The notes below the pieces were generated by a model. It saw nothing but the letters and a program-made list of their open reading frames with translations, ran no database searches and had not been told where the DNA came from. From NCBI GenBank assembly GCA_035283165.1, contig DATEUK010000009.1, positions 1 to 44,286 of the forward strand: a stretch of DNA of 44,286 nucleotides. Reading direction: 5' to 3'. Source of the stretch: Thermoplasmata archaeon. Lineage in GTDB: Archaea > Thermoplasmatota > Thermoplasmata > RBG-16-68-12 > EA-27. This document shows, piece after piece, positions 9,448 to 17,200 of the stretch (the first letter of the stretch is position 1; every line of letters begins with the position of its first letter). Both the position numbers and the translations under genes were made by a program.

Positions 9448-10215
9448 TTACGACTTGCGCCCAACGAGGAGACATCGGCATTCCGTCACGACGAGGCCTT
9501 CCTCCGTCCCCTGCGCCGATTCGAAGGCGAGCAGCGCGTCGAGGTCCCGCTCAACGTCGAATTCCGGGATCGTCCAAGGGGCGACGAGGAGCATGAACAC
9601 GAATTCCCCCAGGGAAGGGTACGCGACTCGATGTTCGTGTTCGAAGCTTTCGACGTGGAACCCGAGTTGGCGGAACGATCTCACATATCCGGATCGAAGA
9701 TCACCGAAGTCGGTCATGCGGGGAAAGAACCGCCGGAGTTCCCGCCAGTCGTGCGGTCCGACCTGTTGCGTCACGAACGAGCCGCCGGGGACGAGGACAC
9801 GGTCGATCTCTTTGGGATCGAACTCCTCGTGGCGGTCCATCACGAGGTCGAGCGATCCGGATTGGAAGGGGAGTCGGGCGCTCTTTGCGCGGACGACGGA
9901 AATGCCCAGGCGCGATAGGCGCCGAAAGGCGACCGGAGCGTTGACCGCCCATTCCTCCGTCGCCACAACACGCCCGGGCAGATCGGGACGTAGGGAGGCC
10001 AGGAGTTCTCCGCCGCCAGTGCCGAGGTCGAGGACCGCTCGGCATGTCGACGCGCGCGTGCGAACGACCTGCATGTAGTCCCATGGGGGACCGGGCTCCA
10101 AGTCACGAACATGAATATCGGGGAAGTGCCAGCCGGAGAACCGACGGGCCTGACGAACCCAGCGCCGGAGCTGAGAAAGGATGGCTTCCCGCCCCTGCGA
10201 TCCAAGGATATTCAT
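9448..10215 (-). CDS. class I SAM-dependent methyltransferase
   Basis: Motif I VLDLGTGGGELL, post-I VVATEE, motif LDLVMDRHE and VLVPGGSFV. 255 aa. Confidence 0.8.
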   Translation of the reverse strand: MNILGSQGREAILSQLRRWVRQARRFSGWHFPDIHVRDLEPGPPWDYMQVVRTRASTCRAVLDLGTGGGELLASLRPDLPGRVVATEEWAVNAPVAFRRLSRLGISVVRAKSARLPFQSGSLDLVMDRHEEFDPKEIDRVLVPGGSFVTQQVGPHDWRELRRFFPRMTDFGDLRSGYVRSFRQLGFHVESFEHEHRVAYPSLGEFVFMLLVAPWTIPEFDVERDLDALLAFESAQGTEEGLVVTECRCLLVGRKS

Positions 10216-10403
10216 GGGAGGCGCATGCGCAGAGTGGGTATTTGCACGTGCCTCAAAGGACGGGGGAGCTCGTCCACTCTTGCTTCCCTATCGTGGCCCC
10301 TTCCTGCTACAAGTACGCGGATGCGCGATGACGGAGAACCCTGATCCGGGATCACACCTCGGGCCTTCGATCATCCGCCGCGCCAATGTTGGCGGCGCAA
10401 GCC

Positions 10404-10409
10404 TTTATA
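10404..10409 (+). promoter_or_regulatory. TATA box (TTTATA) upstream of purP
   Basis: GCCTTTATAGAG. The centre is about 27 nt upstream of position 10433, and GTG 10439 follows. An imperfect inverted repeat GCCGCGCCAA-TG-TTGGCGGCGC (about 10377-10398) sits immediately upstream. Confidence 0.5.
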
Positions 10410-10449
10410 GAGCCCATCCCATCGCCGCCAAACCGGGGGTGGCCGCGCG

Positions 10450-11604
10450 ATCGACCGGGGGCGGATTCTCGAACTCCTCGAGGACTATGACCTCGACGAC
10501 GTCCGCATCGCGACGATCGGGTCCCACAGCGCGCTCGACATCTGCGACGGCGCGGTCGAAGAGGGCTTCGGAACGCTCGTGGTCTGCGAACGCGGGCGCG
10601 AGGCGCCCTACGCGAGGTACTTCAAGGCGACGCGCGCGAAGGACGGTCGCCTCCTCAAGGGCGTCGTCGACGATGCGATCGTCCTCGACAAGTTCGCACA
10701 CGCGACGTACGAGAAGACGCTTCGATACCTCCGGGACCAGAATGCAATCTTCGTTCCCAACCGATCGCTGACGAGCTATTGCGGCGTCGACGCGATCGAG
10801 GAAGACTTCCTCATCCCGCTGTTCGGCTCCCGAAACCTGTTGCGCACGGAGGAGAGGACGGAGCGCCGCTCGTACTACTGGCTCCTCGACAAGGCGAAGC
10901 TGCCGACCCCCGAGAAGATCGAGGACCCGAAGGACATCGATCGACTTGCGATCGTGAAACTCCCGCACAAGGCGAAGAAGCTCGAGCGCGGGTTCTTCAC
11001 CGCCGCCTCGTACAAGGAATACAGGGAGAAGTCGGAGCGACTTCTCAAGGACGGGGTCATCGCCGTCAAGGACCTTGCGGCGGCACGGATCGAGCGATAT
11101 GTCCTAGGCCCCGTGTTCAACTTCGACTTCTTCTACTCGCCGCTCCAGGAGGTTGGCGAGCGCCTCGAGCTCCTCGGGATCGACTGGCGGTTCGAGACCT
11201 CGCTCGACGGCCACGTCCGCCTCCCCGCGGACCAGCAGATGTCCCTGCCGCCGACGCAGCGGACGCCGGAGTACACCGTCGTCGGGCACAACTCCGCCAC
11301 CCTGCGCGAGTCCTCACTCGGGAAGGTCTTCGAGATCGCGGAGAGGTACGTCCGCGCGACGCGCGAGTACCACAGGCCCGGGATCATCGGCCCGTTCACG
11401 CTCCAGACGTGCATCGACAAGGACCTCGACGTGTACATCTACGACGTAGCGCCGCGGATTGGTGGAGGGACGAACGTGCACATGTCCGTCGGGCATCCGT
11501 ACGGGAACGCCCTCTGGCGGCGGACGATGAGCACGGGGAGGCGGATTGCGCTCGAGGTCCGGAACGCGATCAAGGCGGGGAGACTCGACGCGATTGTCAC
11601 CTGA
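10450..11604 (+). CDS. purP: 5-formaminoimidazole-4-carboxamide ribonucleotide synthetase (PurP, archaeal purine biosynthesis); start codon unresolved
   Basis: ATP-grasp PurP pattern throughout. The conserved N-terminal VRIATIGSHSALDICDGAVEEGF lies in frame upstream of the first canonical start (GTG 10579). No ATG/GTG/TTG exists in this frame between TAG 10408 and 10579. Coordinate 10450 is an in-frame ATC (see the purP start-codon finding). Confidence 0.8.
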   Translation: MDRGRILELLEDYDLDDVRIATIGSHSALDICDGAVEEGFGTLVVCERGREAPYARYFKATRAKDGRLLKGVVDDAIVLDKFAHATYEKTLRYLRDQNAIFVPNRSLTSYCGVDAIEEDFLIPLFGSRNLLRTEERTERRSYYWLLDKAKLPTPEKIEDPKDIDRLAIVKLPHKAKKLERGFFTAASYKEYREKSERLLKDGVIAVKDLAAARIERYVLGPVFNFDFFYSPLQEVGERLELLGIDWRFETSLDGHVRLPADQQMSLPPTQRTPEYTVVGHNSATLRESSLGKVFEIAERYVRATREYHRPGIIGPFTLQTCIDKDLDVYIYDVAPRIGGGTNVHMSVGHPYGNALWRRTMSTGRRIALEVRNAIKAGRLDAIVT

Positions 11605-11619
11605 GCGCCGCCGAGCCCC

Positions 11620-12402
11620 TCAGTAGACGGAGCCGCACCGGCTGCACACCATGCGGCCGTCACCGCGCGCCACGAGGGGCCCGCCGCACGCGCTGCAGAA
11701 CCGAGCGGACTGCACGAGGCGGCCCTGCTCATCCCACTGATGCTGCGGCCACTGACTCTTTTGCTGCGCGGGCTGCCCGGGCCAAGACTGGGGAGTCGCT
11801 GGCTGCGTTGCCACTGGTGGAGGCGAGGTGGCGCCCGGCGGAGGAGCCTGCTGTCCGGGCCACGCCTGGGGTCCTGGGTACGCGGACGATGGGGCGTGCG
11901 GATGGGGCGGGGGCGTCGCCATCTGGCGGAACTGCTCTTCAACGTACGCGTGCTGGTCCGTCCGGATGACCGTGGTCCCTCCGAGACGGTCCGTTGCCTT
12001 CTGGCGGGGGTCCCCCTCCGTTGCCAGGCCGACGACCCAGTCGAGCAACAGGAAGAGCCAGTGGAACTTGGAGACGTTGCGGATCGCGGCCTTCACGGGG
12101 TCCATCGGGCCGGTCGTTCCGACGACGCGGAGCCCCATGACCTTCTTCCCCACCGTCGCGCCGGTGAAGCCCTCCAAGAGGACCCAGTACATGAGCGCGA
12201 TCAGGGCGTAGACGAGCACACCCCAGCCGAAGAGGAACCAGCCGAAACTCCCGAACGCCCACCAATAGGGGAACAGCACGAACAGGAGGACCATCGATGG
12301 GATCCAGACGATGATCGCGTCGATGATGTACGCGATGATGCGCTTGATCGTGTGATCCTGCAGGGCCTTGTTCTGCCCAATGATATTGATCCCGCTTACC
12401 AT
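11620..12402 (-). CDS. RDD-family membrane protein with Pro/Gln-rich linker and C-terminal zinc ribbon
   Basis: N-terminal RDD-like 3-TM domain (RIIAYIIDAIIVWIP...ATVGKKVMGLRVV...ATDRLGGTTV). The low-complexity PPPHPHAP...QPAQQ linker is followed by a terminal CSAC-x15-CSRC. Confidence 0.75.
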   Translation of the reverse strand: MVSGINIIGQNKALQDHTIKRIIAYIIDAIIVWIPSMVLLFVLFPYWWAFGSFGWFLFGWGVLVYALIALMYWVLLEGFTGATVGKKVMGLRVVGTTGPMDPVKAAIRNVSKFHWLFLLLDWVVGLATEGDPRQKATDRLGGTTVIRTDQHAYVEEQFRQMATPPPHPHAPSSAYPGPQAWPGQQAPPPGATSPPPVATQPATPQSWPGQPAQQKSQWPQHQWDEQGRLVQSARFCSACGGPLVARGDGRMVCSRCGSVY

Positions 12403-12493
12403 GCCCGCACCATCCCTGGGGCCGCATTCCCTCTGCCGCTATAAATGTATGCCGCCAACCATGAAAGACGATTTTCATGGCTGGATCCGACGG

Positions 12494-13156
12494 TCATCCG
12501 TTCGAGGGGAGCTCCTCCTCCACGCGCTCCGCACGGCGCAGGAACTCGGCGGGGACCTCCTGGGTCAAGTACACCGTCTTTCCCGCCTTCATAATCACGC
12601 GCCCCGCGCGCCGTGCTGCCTTCGCGTCGATCTCGACGATCACGGGATTCGGGTTCTTCACGCGCCCCGCCTCGAGCGCCGCCTCGTACGTGCGGCTGAG
12701 GTGGACCATCTTCCGGTCCGCGGGTTTCAGCCCTTCCGCGGTGAGCGTCCCCAGCCCCTCCTCCGTGGTCGGATAGAACAGCACGTCCGGAATGTTCTCC
12801 GTCGGAAGGTCCAGGTCCACGTCGAGTGTGTGGCCGTACGTCGCGCGGATCTTCCCGTCGCGGAACTGGTACCGACCCTTCGGGTCCGTCTCGATGAGAC
12901 CGACGACGTGGTGCGGCTTCAGGAATCGGAGTCGGCGGTTGCGGCTCTGGAGCCCGGTCAGGAAGTCCCGCAGGTCGATCCAACCGTTCTTGTCCATGGT
13001 GAGGCTGTACCGTTCCGGGAAGTGACGGAGGACGCCGGCCATTGTCCGCCCGAGCATGTCGACCTCCTGGTCGTTCATCAGGAACTTCGCCTCGCTCCCG
13101 CACATCGGGCAGAACTCATCCCGGAAGTATCCGTGGGAGTGGCACTCTTTGAGCAT
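12494..13156 (-). CDS. kptA: RNA 2'-phosphotransferase (Tpt1/KptA) with N-terminal zinc-knuckle extension
   Basis: LGRTMAGVLRHFPERYSLTMDKNGWIDLRDF, RYQF..GKIRATYGHT and MVHLSRTYEAA match the Tpt1 family. ATG at 13156. The longer ORF-track start (13444) would overlap dtdA. Confidence 0.85.
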   Translation of the reverse strand: MLKECHSHGYFRDEFCPMCGSEAKFLMNDQEVDMLGRTMAGVLRHFPERYSLTMDKNGWIDLRDFLTGLQSRNRRLRFLKPHHVVGLIETDPKGRYQFRDGKIRATYGHTLDVDLDLPTENIPDVLFYPTTEEGLGTLTAEGLKPADRKMVHLSRTYEAALEAGRVKNPNPVIVEIDAKAARRAGRVIMKAGKTVYLTQEVPAEFLRRAERVEEELPSNG

Positions 13157-13193
13157 GGTATCCGTCCGTTCGCGCGGACAACCCGGGGCCGCG

Positions 13194-14039
13194 TTAAATC
13201 CTTTCCGCTGGCTCGACGGGGAGCGGGGCCAAGTCTGCCTCTCGCACGGACTCAAGTCCGCGATCGCGGAAGAACGCCTCCAGGTCCCGGAGCAGACCCT
13301 TGGGGACCGCCTTGCGGTGGAAGTACACGAAACGGGCGCCTGCGGTCCGAGCGATCGCGCGCTCGAGCACGACATCGTTGGGCGACTTGAGGGCATGCGA
13401 CGGGAGGAGGTGCCCGAAGGCGACGCGGCGCGCGAGGGCCACATCCGTGATCCGCGGCATGTAGTGTCCGCCGCCGACCCCGATCGCGACGGGGTCCCCG
13501 GGATCCGCTGCCGCCAACACGGCGCGGGCGAGGACGGAAGCCGCCCGTGCGTCCGCCCAGGCGGTGGGGCTGGTGCCGACCTCGATGTAGAACGTCGGCG
13601 TGTCCAGGTACGGCCCGTGGTGCGTGGACTCGAACGTCACCGCGTACCCGAGGGACCTCCCCTCCGCCGACACGCGGCGGAGTGCGTCCGTCATGAGGCC
13701 CGGGGCCGACGGGACCACTTCGCCGGCCCTCCCGCCGAATCCCGCCTCGTGCCAGTTCCCGATCGGATGTACCGTCAGGCTGTCCGTCCCGCTCGCGGAC
13801 CGATGCTTGGACACATACGCGACCGCCTCCGGCATCACCCCCAACGCGTCTGCCACCCTGCGATCGATTCCGTCGACGTACAGATGGTGCTCCCGGATCG
13901 TCACGAGAAGTCGGTCCCCCCGCCGCCAGGCCGGGCTCCCGTCGAACGAGCCCGCCTCGACCCACCCGCCGATGTCCAGGACCCGGTCGCGGATGTTCAC
14001 GCTCGCTTCGTCCGCGGTCGACGCGACCACGAGAAGCAC
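13194..14039 (-). CDS. dtdA: D-aminoacyl-tRNA deacylase, archaeal type (DtdA/DTD2)
   Basis: 281 aa. Contains LLVVASTADEASVNIRD..., SKHRSASG..SLTVHPIGN, FESTHHGP and GVGGGHYMPR, characteristic of archaeal DtdA. GTG start at 14039. Confidence 0.85.
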   Translation of the reverse strand: MLLVVASTADEASVNIRDRVLDIGGWVEAGSFDGSPAWRRGDRLLVTIREHHLYVDGIDRRVADALGVMPEAVAYVSKHRSASGTDSLTVHPIGNWHEAGFGGRAGEVVPSAPGLMTDALRRVSAEGRSLGYAVTFESTHHGPYLDTPTFYIEVGTSPTAWADARAASVLARAVLAAADPGDPVAIGVGGGHYMPRITDVALARRVAFGHLLPSHALKSPNDVVLERAIARTAGARFVYFHRKAVPKGLLRDLEAFFRDRGLESVREADLAPLPVEPAERI

Positions 14040-14221
14040 GGGCCGACGTGGTTCCGCCGCTACTTAACCGTTCTCTCGCATTTGATTCTCACGAACCGCA
14101 GGGATGCGCCGGGTCCTCCCGATGAGTATCCGGTCCGATAACTGCACCATGCAAATGATATAGACTGGCGCGAGAGCGGGAAGTCCGCCGGACCCTCGTC
14201 CGGTCACGGAGACGGTTTCCC

Positions 14222-17200
14222 ATGGCTTCCCCAAGGCGACCCCGCGGCCTCAGCATTGCAACCGCCATCGCAGTCCTCTGCGCCTCCTTCGGCGCCCTGC
14301 TCGCGATCACCCCGCACGCGGCCGCCGTCACGTACGTCAGCGGGACGATCACCTCGGACACGATCTGGGGAATCTCCGACGACACGTACGTCATCACCGG
14401 ACATGTGACGGTCGCACCGGGCGTCACCCTGACGATCATGCCGAACACGACGGTCCGGATCGACCCCCTGCGCGCCCTGTTCGTCGAGGGGGCGCTGTGG
14501 GCGAACGGGTTCCCCGGGACGGAAATCCTGTTCCTCGCAAACAACACGATGGCCGGATTCCCGCCGCCGATGGGGATCCAGTTCAACTCGAGCTCGACGG
14601 GGTCCGTCTCCTGGTCTGTCTTCGACCGCATGGAGCGTGCGGTGACCGCGATCGCGAGCTCCCCGATGGTCACCAACAACTTGGTCCTATGGGCGAATCA
14701 GGGGTTCCGGTTTGTCCGCTCATCCGCCATGTGCACGGACAATGCCGTGCTGCGCGCGGGCATCGGTGTTTCGCTCGTGGAGTCCGACGCGATCGTCATG
14801 CGAAACTACCTGAACGGCACGAGCACAGGAATCGAGGCGTCGGTCTCCGGCTCGCCGTTCATCGCGGAGAATGTGGTCGTGAACACCTCGGGCTTCCTTG
14901 CGATTGGGATCCGCGTCACGGGTGGCGCGGTCGCCGATGTTCGGGACAACGTGATCACCGATGTCGCGGGCGCACGCGGCGCGGCTGGCGTCGGGCCCGG
15001 GGCCGCGGGAGGCGACGGTGGCCTCGCCGCCGGCATCCTCGTGGACACCGCCCCTTGGGCGACCATCAGCGGGAACACGGTCAGCCTCGTCCAAGGAGGT
15101 TCCGGCGGAAACGGCGTGGATAATCCGGGCGGGTTTGGCGGAAACGGGGGGCGGGGAGGCGCCGCCGTCGCGATCGCTTCCGGGGACCTGCCGGGCGTGG
15201 ACGCCAGTTCCAACGTCATTTCGACGATTCGCGGCGGGCGCGGGGGGAACGGCGGTGGGAGTCCGATGACGGCCACGGGTGGCAAAGGCGGGAACGCCGG
15301 CGACGCAGGGGGCATCCAGATCTTCGCCACGAGCGTTGCGACTTGGTGGTCCAATAACTGGATTGATGGAATCAACGGGGGAGCCGGCGGCGACGGCGGG
15401 GAAGGAGCGACCGTCGGGGTCGGCGGCTTCGGTGGCGAGGTCGCTGGCATCCTCGGCTGGAACACGGCGAACGGGGACGCCGGCGGAAACACCGTGCAGA
15501 ACGTGCGCGGCGGGCCGGGCGGGAACAGCACGGGCCTCATGCCCGGCGGGGGCAACGTCGGCGGCGACGGTGGGTCCGCGTCCGGGATCGCCTTCATCGT
15601 GGACCGGGGGCCCGCCGCCATCCATTCCAATTTCATCGCGAGCATCGTTGGCGGCGCCGGAGGGCGGGGTGGCAGCGCTGGGCGCGGTGGGAACGCCACG
15701 GGGGCGTCGGCGGTCGGCGACACCGATGGACTGTTCAACGCGACGAGCATCACCTCGAACTGGATCACGGATCCCACAGGCGGGAACGGGGGGGCTGGCG
15801 GCCGCACCGGTGGCCCCGGCGGGGCGGCAGGTGGCATCATGGTCGCGCTCGACTCACCATTCCTCGCCGGGAACTGGGTGTGGAACGCCCTCGGCGGGAA
15901 CGGGGGAGGCGGGTTCATCGATGGGGGCCGCGGGGGAGACGCAAGCGGGGTGTACGCGTACTACGTCCTCGGCGGATGGTCCTCGGGCGATTCCTTGTTC
16001 ACAGTCTCGAAAGGGAGCGCGGGCGCTGGTGCACCCCCGCCGCCTTCCTACGCGTCCGGCTTCACGATGCAAGGCGACTCGGGATTCACGACGACGTTCA
16101 CGATGGAGAACGCCACGATCGTGAACACAGAGACGTACGACATTTGGGCGAACGTCGCCTCTGCGGGGACGACGATCAACACGCCGTTCTCGGGCGCGAA
16201 GCTCGCGGTGGACCCGACGAGCACCCTCACCGTGATGAACTACCTCGACACCTCCGTGTACTGGCCCGATGGCTTCACGCTCGTCCCGGGCGCGTCCATC
16301 CTCGTCGAGGAGGACGGGGTGACCGTATGGAGCTTCGTGTCCGTGACGGGCTGGGACCAGTGGCTCCTCACGACGGACCGCGTGTACTGGGGCTCCGCGA
16401 CCCCCACGGACGTCCAGAACGATGTCACCGTATCCTACCTCGCGTACAACTTCTGGAGCAACCCGCGGACGGTCGACATGGCGTGGAGCAACGGGCAATG
16501 GTTCGTGATGATTGACAGCGAGGCGCCGACGTCCGCCGCGGATCCGCTCCCGACGTACACGACGACGCTGACGTTCAACGTGGACTACACGGCCTCCGAC
16601 GGCATGGGGGGGTCGCTGAAGGACGTCACCCTCTGGTACCGCAAGGATGGTAGCGGCGGGTGGAACGCCTACGCGACGCAGCCCGCGGGGAACTTCGGGA
16701 CGTTCGTCTTCACCGCCAGCGGCGATGGGACCTACGAGTTCGAGACGGTCGCGGACGATTGGGCCGGTAACGTGGAGCCCGGGCCGGGAACGAACGAGTC
16801 CTGGACCATCGTCGACACCACGGCTCCCGCCTCCGCAGTCCTCCCTCTGCCCAGCTGGACGACGACGTCCTCGTTCCTCGTGAGTTGGGCCCCCGACCCA
16901 GGGGTGACGGACATCGCGACCTACACGGTCCAGTACGATCGGGGCTCCGGTTGGACGAACTGGCTGATCGACGTGACGCAGACGAGCGGCACGTTCGTCG
17001 CGAGCGTCAACGGCGTGCATTCCTTCCGCTCGATCGCGACGGACGCCGCGGGGAACGTCGAGGTCGTCTCGGGGAACGACACGTGGACGTACGTGGACAC
17101 GCAGCTCCCGTCGTCAGCGGTGACGGGACTCCCGCCGTTCACGTATACCCTGTCGTTCACCGTCGCGTGGGGTCCGCTCCCGGGCACGACGGACGTGGCC

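Noticed and set aside
13157-13444. N-terminal extension of kptA to 13444
   Set aside because: The extension would overlap the 3' end of dtdA and is Ser/Arg/Pro-rich. The conserved Tpt1 sequence plus zinc knuckle begins at ATG 13156.
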